Assembly (NCBI GenBank): GCA_965287045.1
Contig: OZ336871.1
Coordinates: 95,480,001 to 95,544,000, forward strand
Reading direction: 5' to 3'
Length of the DNA: 64,000 nt
DNA from: Carcharhinus amblyrhynchos
Lineage: Eukaryota
The notes below the pieces were generated by a model. It was given only the letters and a program-made list of their open reading frames with translations. It searched no databases and had not been told where the DNA came from. The first letter of the stretch is position 1. Every line of letters starts with the position of its first letter. Below are positions 24,871 to 37,729 of this stretch, piece by piece. Position numbers and translations under genes: made by a program.

Positions 24871-26879
24871 TTTTAGTAAATTATGTACCCTGCAACCTAA
24901 AACTTTACGAAATCTTGATTTGAGAAAATCCATTGATACGTTATGTAAACAGTTGGAGAAAGAACAATGAAATTACTCAAAATTAGGTAGCACTATAAAT
25001 TATCTGTTCTTTCACAAATTGGCCCCATTAGATTGATGTACAAAATCTATGGGGTGAATTTTGCAGTCCCTCCACTGGTGTATTTGAAGGCAAGTGGGTA
25101 CATCAAAAAACAGGTGGTCAGCCCATTTCCTTCCACTTCCTCCCCGCCCCCCCACCCCACAACCCTAACCTCTCCCTCTAAGTGGATAAGGGATTTTGCA
25201 GTCTGCGTGCCCCTGGCCTATTGAGACTTTTAAGCAACAATTATCTACGACTTATGGGCCTCATTTCAACCAGAATGCATCAGTGTATAGAGGAAGGCAG
25301 AAGTAATGTCGGCAGCACAGCAGCTTTAATAGAAGGAGTTGCTGTTGGGCAGGAAGAGGACTGCCTCCTCCGCGTGGTTCCCTATGTCCCCTTGGCCAGA
25401 TGGTAAGTCCTTTGTCCCTCCCCCTCTGGCTTCTCCAATCTGACCCCAGATTCGTTTCCCCTGTCACTTGGGTCTTCCCTCCACTGAAGCTGCCCAAGAA
25501 TCCCCAGACCTATCTGAAACCCAGGAAGCATCATCACACCTTTGTGAGGACGGGTCTCAGCAGTGGCCTCTGCTGGAACTAAAGAACTGCCCCTGAATCT
25601 GATTGACCGGTCGTTCTCTGATGGGTGGACATCCGACTCTGTGCTAACTAAGGCTGTCCCCAGTCGAATATTGGTGTGGGGTAGCTGGTTTTCAGATAGT
25701 GAGGTGCCAGTTGACTTCAAGGTTCGAGAGACCAGAGATCCGTTACCCACCCCACCCCTCACCTCGTAAAATCCACTGTTATTCACATATTAGATAGGCA
25801 ACATTTTAAAACAGATTGTGAATTGAAGAAGCTTCTTTGAAAGTGCAATTAAATCACCTGAAGCACATAAATGCAATTTGTCCATAGAAATATCAATGTT
25901 TCAGAATGATCATCCTGTCATTTGTCTATTCTGTTGTCATGTCAAAAATAAAAATGATATTTTTTCTTGATATTTATTCTTCCCCTTTAAATGGATTGGT
26001 TGGGCCAAATGGCCTATTTTTGTGCCACATATCCTACAAATTCCAGTGTATCTAGTGAGTTTCTTAAATACCACTAGATACACAGGCAAAATGGCAGAAA
26101 TGAAGAAACCAATCAAGATCGACATGTTTTGCACATTTCCTACTATCCCCTTTAATACATCCTGTAAGGTTAAAGCTGCTACTTTTGCTTTATCAGCCAT
26201 TATCCTTGCTGGGATCTGTATACTAGTATACACCAATCACCCAACAGTCCTGTGTTCATTAACCAACACTGGTTCCTGGTCCCTCAATGTCTCTAATTTA
26301 AAATTCTCAACCTTGTACTTTAATCGCTTTATTGTCTCCTCCTTCCTTTACCAGTAACCTCCGTCTGCCCTATAACCTTCTCAGAACCCTGTGGTCCTCT
26401 GACTTTTAACATCTTGTGCATCCTCTTGTTACAATCTCTATAGAGGCCAATAACATTAAAATGATTTTAGAACCTTCAGTTACTAGTTGAAAAAAATGAT
26501 ACATCGAGATTTCACATTTTAAAACCTTTACTGCAACAAATGACCAAAATCATTATTGACAAAACCCTATTTTCTTTCTGCAGAAACTTTTACTTTAAAC
26601 AACAGAGAGGAACATTCCTCTTTTATACTTGTAAAAATTATGACTCACTAAGTGGTCTGGAGGCTTGTATGTTTAAACATAAATCACCTATTGTTTACCC
26701 ATGTACAGGCGCTGCTTCCATTCTAGCTCCTCTAAACTCTACTCCACAATCTACTATCACATGACATCATTCTGAGGGCAGTACTGATCTCCAATACCAC
26801 ATTAACCCTAGCTTGTTCAACTACAATGGCATGCTGCTTGCTACCCGTTCAATCATATGTTACTCACCTTGAAATTGAA

Positions 26880-27515
26880 GTCCTTCCAACAATCCACTAT
26901 TGCTCCTAGCAACATCCTGGGAATTATGATTGACCAGAAAATGAACTGGGTCAGCCATATAAATATTGTGACTACAAGAGTAGGTCAGATGTTAGAAATG
27001 TCAAGTGAGCATCTCACCTCCTGATTTCCATAGTCTGTCCACCATCTACAAGGCACAAGTTAGGAATGTGATGGAATTCTCTCCACTTGCCTGGATGAAT
27101 GCAGCTCTAACAACACTCAAGATGCTTGACACCATCCAAGACAAGTAACCCGTTTGATTGGAACCCCATTCACCACATCCAACATTCACTCACTCTACCA
27201 CAGACATACAATGGCAACCCATGGGATGCACTGCAGCAACTCACCAAGTTTTTTTTTAATAGCACCTCCCAAACCCATGACTTCTACCATCTAGAAGCAC
27301 AAGGACAGCAGATACACAGGAACACCGCCAACTGCAAGTTTCCTTCTAAGTTGCACACCATTCTGGCTTAGATATATATATTGCTGTTCCTTCACCGTTG
27401 CTGGGTCAAAATTCTGGAACTCCTTTCCTAATAGCACTATGGATGTACCTGGAACAGTTCAAGAAGGCAGCTCACCACCATCATCTCAAGTGCAATTAGG
27501 GATGGTCGATAAATG
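26880..27515 (+). mobile_element. LINE 3' end, same family as 23650-24530
   Basis: ILGIMIDQKMNW motif and shared 3' UTR. Confidence 0.75.
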
Positions 27516-27974
27516 ATTGTCTTGTTACAGCTGTTTCTGTATCATACCTAAACCTCCTGCCTACACCTCCTCACCTCCCTCTCCTCCTTTTATACCTTCC
27601 TCAAAATCCACCTCTTTGACCACACCTCCCATGACCCTTCCTCATCTCCTTTTTGGCTCAATGTTCCATTGTTCTGATAGATTATCTGGGAAGCATCTTT
27701 GGGAAATATTCCATGTTAAAAGTAGCATATGCACACTATTTTTTGTTGTTGTTATTTCACTCAGAGCCACTGTAGTGTTTCTGCTGGAAATTGGTTTAAG
27801 GTCATGATTGAAGCATGTGAAATACCTCAAGATGAAACTAATACTTTCATCTGCAGGTAGACTCATGCCAATTGCAGTGGTCAGAAATTTGAGTTTGTAG
27901 GTTTGTTGTTACCAATTTGAAAACTTCCGTCCACCGCTCTGAGACTGAGTAAATTTCCAGAATGTAACAGTGTC

Positions 27975-28560
27975 ATAGAATTAAATAGAATATACAGCAC
28001 AGAAACAGGACATTTGGCCCATCCAGGCCGTGTCAGTATTTATGTTCCATTTGAGCATCTGTATATCCTTCTACATAATTCTATCAGCTCAATTCTCTCC
28101 TAGTCACCTCTCCCTTACAACATTTCTAGCTTTACCTGCAGAGAGATACATCTACCCTAATCATTTCAACCACTCTCTATTTTAGGGATTCCACATTTTG
28201 CCACTCTGTGGGTAAAGAAGTTTCTTTTGATTTTGCTATCTGAATTTTTGATGACTACCTTAAATTGATGGTCTCTAGTTTTGCCCTTCCTCATAAGTGG
28301 AAACACTGTCTCTGGCCAGAATTTTTCCGGCACGCCCGTACCAATTCTGAGGACGGGAGAGGCTCGGAGAACGGCAATCTCCATTGGCCTTGGGCGGGAT
28401 CATACGAACCTCAGGTAGACATGCCAGTAAAATTCCACCCTCTGTGTCCTGTCTGTTAACACCTTCTTAAATACCTCTGTAGGTCATCACTGAACCCAGA
28501 CTGTTCATCCTTTCCTAACATGCGTGACCTTACATTTCTGGTAACATCCTCGCAAGTATT
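27975..28560 (-). mobile_element. Old CR1 3' end containing a MITE (~28312-28440)
   Basis: RNFFTHRV motif; MITE ends ggccagaatttt / aaaattccaccc. Confidence 0.6.
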
Positions 28561-30199
28561 TTCGAGGTCAACGGCTGTCCTTTGGTTAAAGGGCCAGAAG
28601 TAACAACTGAGGTATTTTTTGGGACAATGATGGACAGGCTATCAACATGAATTAAACCCAAAAAACATTGGGGTTTGGTGGCGGGGGGGGGGAGTAATTT
28701 ACACTTTGTGCAGAAGAATAAAACAGGTCAATGGGAATCAAATCAAGAGAGATGTTGATTTGTTGCTATCTGTTTTATACTGTTGCATGAAGTCAAAATC
28801 TATCTCCTGCATTTTAAATTTGTAAATCTATCAACTGTAAAATTAATTGATATTCTAGGATTAACCAGATTGTAGCTGTATATTTGCTTATTTATCCACA
28901 GGATGTGGACGACACTAGAAAGGCCACAATTCTTGCCAAGTCTAGCTGTCCTAAGGAGGCATCGGGCCTTTCTTCTACTGCTACAAACAGCAATTGATTT
29001 ACAATAGAACTATAGAATCACAGAGATTTGCAGGAAGATGAGAAATTATAGCAGAGAATTGAGGTATGAGAACTATTTCTATTTCTGCTAGGATAGAGAT
29101 GACTAATAAAAGATTCAAAAGAGCTTTTTGATACGGTAAATGATAAAAGATTATCTGCCAGGACTTACTCATTGACTGGACAGAGGGAAGAGGAAAATCT
29201 AACGGGAAGGAATTACACATCTCTTATAGATCCTATTGGGCTTTCCTCCCATTTTGTGAGTTTTTTTCCCCTCACTTCCACCCCTGCTGCACCATCCAAT
29301 AGGAGAGAAGAAGATCCTGACTCAACTATTCTAATTTTTGCCAAAGATACAATATTAAATATTACATATCTTAAGCAGCATACAGCGTATCATTTAACTG
29401 TTAAATCTATACACATAAACAATGTTTTCATTGCATTATAATATAAACAATAATTTCACACATATCTGGGCTAATTATTAACTGATTGCCAATGTTTAAT
29501 AAGAAAAATGTCACCTCATTCTTACCAAGCAGCTCTGTGATACATTGCAAGCCCCTTAGTTACATCCCGAACAAGGGTCACCTGATCGCTGCTGCAATAC
29601 TGATCAATCCAAAAGAATGTCAAACTAAAATACTTTGTGACCTTGCTCAATTATTCAGCAATAAAAACCTGCTTAGTTCTTGGTCTCTGAAGGTATTCCC
29701 TTTGGCCCAAAATGCTGACTTTCAAATGCAACCAAATGAATATTCATAAAGCAAAGTCAATTGAAGCAATCCAAGTGATGCTAGTGATAATTAGGTATCT
29801 TTACAATCATATTTTCCATTTTAAAAGAGAAAGCTGACTTTACACTCTTTTTCATTCCATGCTGATGTTCAGAAAAAGACCCTGATGATTGATGTATGGT
29901 AATTAAGTTAACTGTTAATAATTGATGACTTATTATGAAGACTCTTTTCAAGAAGACTTTGAGCAACCTTTACTTTGTATCGGCACTTTCGGCTGTCTTT
30001 GTATAGCGTTTTATTAATTCTTGATATATTTGTAAAATTGCTCCAGTTGCATCAATAAAGATATTGCACACAGTGCTAGCTTTTCATCTCATATGACGCA
30101 GCTTGGTTGTGTTGACCAACCCTGTGTTATGCATTGTCTATTGAGGCTCAGGAGCCCAATTCTAGCCTGGTTCTTTCTGCTACCTTTGCTGCAGAGCAA

Positions 30200-30590
30200 G
30201 ACACTGAGTTGAGAAGATGCACAAATCACTGGCCTCTTGTATCTCTGGGCTGTCTTGTCTGCTAGCTGAACTTTTCATTTTCCACACCTTTTTCGATGCC
30301 TTTTCAAAACAGCCTCCAGATGTCACAGCCATCACTGATTGTCTCTCAGTTGTCAAAGTTTGCCATCTAGTTCTTGTTCTTGAAATGGAGCTGGCCACGA
30401 GGTGATGGCCCAGTCATCAGTTTGCCATACAGAAGTTCTTTCAGTATATGGCCATCATCCATACTGACGAATGTGGCCAAGCCAGTGCAGATGTCATTCA
30501 GCTTATGGAATTAGCTGATGGTATTAGCATGCACCAGGACCTCTTATATTGATGACGTTGTCCTGTCAAGAGATGCCAAGAATAAAGGCC
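30200..30590 (-). mobile_element. RTE-clade LINE 3' fragment
   Basis: LHWLGHI..MDDGHILKELLYGKL matches the RTE ORF motif WLGHVxRMxDxRxPKxLLYGEL. Confidence 0.7.
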
Positions 30591-30927
30591 TCTGAAGCAT
30601 TTATCTGAAATCTTTATGGAGTGTTTTGTAGAAGTACTGTTATTTTGGTTAACTTCACATGAATATATTAACAAGTTTGGGTGAATGATACGTGACTGAA
30701 ATCAAAAGTTGCACTGTAGCAATATGCATTTTAGAATGCCCTCTCTGTACTGCCTGGCTGGGTGTCTAATTCTCCTATCCAGGAGAGAATTCTATATGTA
30801 TGTAGTTGCATTCTTCTCGCAACAGTAAAACATTTAAAGTGAAAGCAGTATTAACTGCAATTCCTGAACACAAGTAAATTTCAGATAGTTATAAAACTAT
30901 GAGCTTGAGCAGCAGCTCATGATTTAC

Positions 30928-31114
30928 CACATACTAGAATTTCAGAGGAAACCTCTTGATAGTGACACTTACTTGCAGTGCAAACGCATGCGCAGAAGTT
31001 AAGACAATGATATTGAGCTCTTGGTTCAACTGCCTGTATCCAGAATACTAACAGTAGCCCATGTACAAGGTTTTCAATTGAGCCACCCATTGTGACTACC
31101 AGCAGCTTTGCTGT
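30928..31114 (-). pseudogene. Relic GREB1-like exon
   Basis: Acceptor ccttgttgtctgcag. GGSIENLVHGL vs SGSLSHSEPSHGL; RQLNQELNIIVLTSAHAFALQ vs [22 protein letters not shown]; frameshifts. An internal gtaagt donor follows 30973. Confidence 0.65.
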
Positions 31115-31982
31115 CTGCAGACAACAAGGGTTGACTATGACAACCAGCATTGAGTTCTCATCCTTGTTGGAAACCAACAAATCAAAAGAACTGATTTTAC
31201 TGAATGACCCCTACGATAAATTAATGGCTAAGATTTCACTTTTTATAACTTCTACTTCCAACAATCAAACAAAATTCAATAGAAACTAAGCATAAATTAA
31301 CAGTAAAATCATAGTACATATATATATTGCTAATTACAAGTTAACTAGCAGACACAACAAAGTTCAATCTTATACTTCACAGGGTTGTCCACTTAGCATA
31401 TATAGCATCAATTACAGTGACAAAGTCCTTCAAAATTCCAAACCTCCTCAGGTAGAATTCCTTCTCCTTTCATTCATGGATTTAGCTCCCAATTTTCATC
31501 TCGCAGCACTTCTCATCCAATTTGAGTTCCATGGGCATGGTCTGTACCAAAATGATGCACTTCTGCAGAACTCCCTGAATTCTGCTCATTACAATATTGA
31601 TGGTGGGGATCCATTAAATTTACCTTTCTCTGAACTATCAGTGACAAGCCTGTGCATTGCGTGGTTGAATCCAAACAGTAACATAAACAGATGCAGCAAC
31701 CAATTATGTGCCTATTATCTCTGTTTTCTTCATCTTGCTTGCAATGCACTCTGGGTGACATAAGCTTAGATATTTTTATGTCTCTCTTCAACCAGTTTTA
31801 GTTTCCCCAGAAGTCTGAAGTTGCTTTTCCAGTTTTAGTCTGAGTTCCCCTAGTGATACCTAAAGGCTCAAAGGTTCTTTTCCCTTTCCATTAGGATCTG
31901 ACTCAAAAAAATATAAGCTTTGAAACCAGTTTTTACAACCAACAGAATAGTAAACAAGTCACCTGTTCTGGCAATAACTCAC

Positions 31983-32148
31983 ATATATTTCCCCACTGGT
32001 CCTGCAAACCATAGATTCCATCACAGTAGCAAGAAAAATAACCCTGCAACTATGCATTTCTCCTAATTGAAAGAAGTTTCTTTTTATCTGAAGTTCCACT
32101 TCTTGCATTCTTCTTCTTATGTCCTGGTATCACTCTAGCTCTAACAAT
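31983..32148 (-). pseudogene. Relic GREB1-like exon
   Basis: Acceptor ttttctgcatccttatag and donor gtgagt. The exon starts LLELE*YQDIRRRMQEVELQI vs LLELGLKKEHMTKQRVEQYVLKL. Confidence 0.62.
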
Positions 32149-32504
32149 CTATAAGGATGCAGAAAAGTTGAGTGTGTTCATTTTCCATCAAATTGACTTC
32201 AAATGGAAAACAGATTTGTGCCTTATCTATATCAGGAATACGTTTCATACAGCTTTACACAAATTGCTTTTGAAGTACCAACACAAAGCTAATCACAAGT
32301 CAATTTGCACACAGTAAGTTCTTATATTCTAATTCAGAGATGGGAGTGCTGCTAAATGAGCCAAACTGACGCTGAACTGAGTGAAGTGTTAATTAGTCAG
32401 ATATCTATGTATCATGCAAATTGTCTATGTTTGCAAAATGGTGGATTCATTGATGACTGAACTCAGTTTGCTACTATAAGTACATCAGTGAAGAAAAACA
32501 GAAC

Positions 32505-32900
32505 ACCAGAAACAAAGAAACTAGAAGCTGAACTAGGCCATTTGGCCCTTTGAGCTTCCTCCATCATTTATTAACTTCATGGCTGATCGTAAAATTCAAT
32601 AGCCTAATCCTGCCTATCCCCCATACCCTTTGATCCCTTCAGCCCTAAGAGCTATGTCTAATTTATTTTTGAAATCAGACAATATTTTGGCCTCAATTAC
32701 TTTCTGTGGTAGTTAATTTAACACATTCACCACCCTCTGGGTGAAGAAATTTCTCCTCATCTCAGTTCTAAAAGGTATACCTTATCCTCAAACTATGATC
32801 CCTAGTTCTGGGCTCCCCCACCATTGGGAACATTCTTTCTGAATCTACCCTGTTTAACCCTGTTAGAATTTTATAAGTTTCTATGTGATCCCCCTCACTC
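32505..32900 (-). mobile_element. CR1 3' end
   Basis: RRNFFTQRVVN and CR1 3' UTR on the minus strand. Confidence 0.8.
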
Positions 32901-32982
32901 TCCAAGTGTTAAAGCAATTGCATCACTTTATCCCTCTGATACAGAGTGAGCACCAATTTTTAAAAATATAAGAATACATTAC

Positions 32983-33130
32983 TGAAGAAAATTATATACA
33001 CTTCCAAATGTGTGCGCGCAAATTCCTGTGGATTTTCAGTATATTTTTGTTTTTGCAACAACCAATGACAAGTGGTCAATGGTAGAGGAAAGGTATGATG
33101 ACACTACAGGATGATCCCCAGAAAACATGT
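32983..33130 (-). pseudogene. Relic GREB1-like exon
   Basis: Acceptor cctttttcag and donor gtaatg. LSSTIDHLSL vs DSSTQNLDL; NPQE vs PPSE after a frameshift; TGA at 33036-33038. Confidence 0.55.
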
Positions 33131-33364
33131 CTGAAAAAGGCGCATTCGTTTCAACCAAAGAAAGTAGCAATTTTGTTTGTATGGAACAAGGCAAAATTCC
33201 TACACAGAACAACACACAACTAATTTTCCTTAGAATGATGGATTACTTATTACTATTCTGTGGGGAATATGGTTTCCAATGACATCAATTTAATATTACT
33301 TTTCTGCATAACAGTAGCACTTGTTTGTGATATTTGTCTCTAAGCTCTCTGTAGAACTGAAGAC

Positions 33365-35035
33365 ACTGGGCAGAATCTATTGCTGCTGCCGGGAAAAAGA
33401 AACATGGCAAATTGGGGATGATAATAGTACAGGAGGCACAAAGTTAGCTTCCCAATGACAGGATTAAAGGTAACTATTTAATCTGTGATGAACTGGAGGT
33501 GGATTGGGTTTTGTGATGGCAAGCAGCAGGAGCTTACTTGTAATGCATTAGCATGTCATGTATACTCATTAAAACACATACTCATCGGATTAAATGATAC
33601 CTTTGTGATAAAGTTGTCAGCAATGAGAAACACATAATTTCAGATTTACAACTGGTTGAAGGTGGCACACAGCAGGAGGCAGTGTTAGGCTTCACTACAG
33701 ATTTGAAGTGAGCAGAAACTGCTTTTCTTATATGGGGAAACTTTGTCATACTGGGGAGAAGAAGTTGACCATTGAAGGAAGGGTCAGATCATTCCAAGAA
33801 TAAGGGCCGTGGCAATCAGAGCGGGGAGCTAGACATCAGAAGGAAGATCAATCTCTGCCAAAAGCAGCTCAAGGAGATGGAGGGAGGGTCGAGAACGATG
33901 TTTGGCAGGTCAATAGTGATGGGGCATGACGGCCTCAATGGTGACTAAGAGGCACTCTAAGCTGACAGACAGAAGATGAAGATGATGTTGTGCAGGCTCC
34001 AAAAGAGACGACATCAGCTTTCCAGAGATTGGGCCCCTGTTTTAAAGGGCATTCCAATTTCCTGTAAAAAAAATGAAGACCCTCTCCCCACACCACACAT
34101 GCACATGGGGACGCACCCCCTTCCCCCCCACCCCTCACCACGGAACTCCCCAGAAGAGTTCTCCCACCCTGGCACGGACCCCCAGCACATCTCCTTGGCA
34201 CTGCCAGTAGCCGAAATGATAGAAAGAGTGATCTTGCAGGTAACATCATTAATCTTGTTGCTCTCTGTAATCCCCTTACAGCCAAGATGGTCAATATGTT
34301 GATCGCGGTCAACCAATTAATTTGGGTGAAACTTTCCCCCCCAAAATGGCAAAGCGTCAGGTTCTGACCGAAAATGGTGTGTTTCTTCTCAGAGAAACAG
34401 TCAGGTTTTCTCTCCAGATCAAGCGGGGGGCATGTTTTGTGCTGTCATTCCTGAGGGACGGGGATTAAAGATGTTTGCATGGCCATCTCCACAAAGAACG
34501 GAGTGCCTTTTTAAAAGGGCACCCTGATCACAAATTGAGGTTAAAGATCCTTATCCCCCATGATTGCCGGCATTGGGGTATCAGAGTACCCTCCCTACCC
34601 CGCAATGCAGGCAGCCTCCTCTCCCCAACACAATGAAGAATTCCACCCCTGTCCCCCAATTGTCGCAGACCCCCCACCAGACGATGGGAAGGCCTCAATG
34701 GGGGTCCCTTAGAAGCCCCCCTGACACTGACAGGTTAGTACTAACAGGGTACCTGGGAGCCCAGCCATGTCCCTCAGCACTTGGGCATACTCACCTCCAA
34801 GCCCTCAATGTGGTCATCATTACTGCTTTCTGTGTTTGAAAACCAATAGCAATTCACACCAGCAGGGTAGGGGAGCAAACAGTGAATCTGGAAGATGAGG
34901 CTTTCTGCTGGTTAGGCATATTTAAATCTATTTAAATTCATGGTAAAAAGGTTCTGGGAGTGAACTTGCTGATGTTGTTGGCAGGAGATGGGGAAGATTT
35001 CACTCTGGAACCTCCCCAGTGTAAATTCCATTGTG
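33365..35035. mobile_element. Old non-autonomous Harbinger-like element cluster
   Basis: gggcagaat / gtaaattcca-type ends; tttaaagggca motifs shared with 46740-46812-like termini and the 58900-59500 region. Confidence 0.35.
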
Positions 35036-35330
35036 GCCATTCCTTCTCACAGGGTTTGTGTCCACGGCGAATGGTCCTGCAAAATCACCCCAGATCTCAT
35101 TCCCAGTCAACTGTACCATTGTGTGCGCTTTCTGCAGACTGCAGGTGCATGACACATGTGCGACATGTCTTTTTCTATGCACTGCACATGCGCAGAGCCA
35201 GCGCATGCATGGTATGCACTTTCTGCACTAGCTATCTCCATGGAAAAGATAAGGCTAAATTTCATGTTATGCTATGAAAGAAATCAAAACTTTACCTGAT
35301 TATACAACAGAAACTAGATTAGATACTTAC

Positions 35331-35541
35331 TATTTTCACAAGCTGATTGCATTTAACTCCACTCAACCCCATTGACTACAAAAGCCTTGTGCAAGACAAA
35401 TAGCCTTTACTGCATTAATATATAAAAAAAGTCCTCAGATTTCATCCCAATTCCTCATGGGTAAGAATGCAACACAAAATTGTTTAAACGGCTTAATCAT
35501 TTTTCATTTTTATTCATTTAAAAATCGAAGAAATTTCGGAC
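35331..35541 (-). pseudogene. Probable relic GREB1-like exon
   Basis: Acceptor attctatag and donor gtaagtat. PKFLRFLNE*K*KMIKPF resembles DKLLEKMQQRRGDSVVTPF only weakly; many stops. Confidence 0.35.
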
Positions 35542-36349
35542 CTATAGAATATGTGCTGACTGAGTATGAAACAACATTAAACCTTTGCTACTTAGGGTAT
35601 GGAAGCATATGCTATGTCACAGGATTTATAATCCAAAGGCCAGGATTAATGATCTGGAGGATAAGAATTGAAATCTCATCGTGCAGTTGGAGAATTTAAT
35701 GTCAGTGAATTAAACTAAATTAAAATTCTGCAACCATTGACCACAAAAATACCAGATTGTTGTAAAAACCCACTTGCATAAGAGTGGGATTTTACAATTG
35801 TGTCATGGTTCTTGGTGCATTTTTCTTCTTTTTATCCATGGTCAGGCAGTATGAGTGCCTACATTATGCAATGTGCTTAAATGTGGCTATGGGAGAGGGT
35901 GGAAAGACCACGCTGGTAGATAGTGTTCGGATGACTATTGAAAAAATAGATCTTAAGACACTAAAGTCTGGATACCCCTGTCTTGCAGCACTTTCCTTAC
36001 TGGATTTATCTTCTATCTGTAATGCAGAGGTGAAAGAAAACAGAGTCTGTCCTTATCCTAAGGCCCCTCACTCTCATTTACAGATGATTTAGCGGGTAAT
36101 GGGTTCATGATCTCATCAAAAGCAAAGAGTACAGAGCAAAATCATGACAATTTTAGGCACATGGTTTCAGGAGAAAGTCTCCCCGGGCCAATTTCCTTAT
36201 TTTCTTCCTCTCAACACCATCTGTTTTCAGGAGCAATACTGAGGAAAATCCTCCCTCAGCCAGGTCTCTAAACATGGATGCAGCATAGCAAACAAACCTA
36301 ATACTCTACAAGGATCTGCTTGAAAATAGCCATCCTACAATATTCCAGA

Positions 36350-36460
36350 AAAATTGCAATGACTGTAGAAATTTGGGGAAAACAAATTAACCTTTGTGAA
36401 ATTAAGTTCTGAGTCCGACACTGTAGGGCATTTTTAATTATTCCCTGCGTACAATGTAGA
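36350..36460 (-). pseudogene. Relic GREB1-like exon
   Basis: SELNFTKVNLFSPNFYSHC vs YELVTGKVDSLGAFFSTLC, an ungapped EL-x3-KV-x6-F-x3-C match. Boundaries approximate. Confidence 0.55.
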
Positions 36461-37729
36461 AGTGTAAACAATGTGGTAGAACCAGATATGGGGACAGATG
36501 AAGAGAGAGTCAGAACAAAAAGAATGATTGGTGCTGAGATTTTTCCTCAGATTTTACTGGGTGTAACTCCAGGCTACTGGACCCAATTGGAAAATTGTTT
36601 GGGAGTTGCACTTCAGCTAACTGCTTTTCCCAACTAGTGACATCTCTGACTGAGTGATAGCAGTTCATAATTTGGTAGGTGCATTTTTATAGCAGGAAAA
36701 TAATGGAAATAAATTATCTAGAGTATTTTCTATCTTTAATCTTATAACAATGTTGGGAGCAATTTTCCAAACCTGCTTGTGGTGCATGTAAAATCCTGCA
36801 AGAGATCCATAACAGTATTTGCACTGGGCAGATCTCAGAATCATGCCTGCTCTCTGGTGGAGAAGGAGTGAGGGGGGTGGGGGGTGCAGGCAGGCCTGAC
36901 CCCACCCCACCTTGAGACCTGGATTGTAGCTTCCTGGACTGTAGCTTCAGTTCTCTGGCCAGAATGTTACCACCATTCACACTGACGGGATTTTCCCATC
37001 CCACTGCAGTGAACGGAGATTTGGCTGAGTGCCAAATTCTCCCACCTCGAAGCAACAGGAGCATGGCATGAATAGCTGGTAAGATTGCACCCTCTGTCTG
37101 TCACTCTCGTGCAGCATTTCCAAGTTCACCATTTAAAATGCAGCCATTGCATTGATGACATTACTCACTAGAGTGGTTATTTTAAAATGGCACATTTCAA
37201 ATCCCACATTTTTATTTAATACCTGTGCCTTTCAAACTATTGATCATGAAGAAAAATCTGCCTCTTTCCACTGATTTATTCTCAATTCGGTCCTATTCTT
37301 TCTGTGTTACTCTCTGTGCCTGTTTGCGTTCTGGAATCATGCCTCCAATCATGCCCCTAAATTCGGATTTAGGGATTGTTTAAGTGCAATTCATCACTTT
37401 GTAATGTCAGACTTACATTTAATTCCATTTTGGCTACATGTTAAAACTTGTAAGATGGAAAATGACCATGAAATGCCCTAAAGCTCAACATGCTATTTAA
37501 TTGTAATTTTTTGGTGCTGCATTGCCCAGAGCGCCTCCCACTTCCATGTGTGAGGAGGTAACAACTGCTCAGCATTTCCTATTGCTGGACCAATTCCATT
37601 TCAAAGTAGATCCCCTAAGAAATGCATCTCCAAGCAGATGAGATGGGACACTCATCACATACTTTGAGTGATTTAGGTATTCCAGATCCGAAGGGACTAC
37701 CTTACAAGCCTGTATCAGGCTAAGTCACC

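Noticed and set aside
26584-26665. Plus-strand acceptor followed by REEH, reminiscent of OCA2
   Set aside because: That frame stops within a few codons, and no other OCA2 exons were found.
33036-33038. In-frame TGA as possible selenocysteine or readthrough
   Set aside because: Neighbouring exons also carry TAA/TAG stops and frameshifts, so decay is the simpler explanation.
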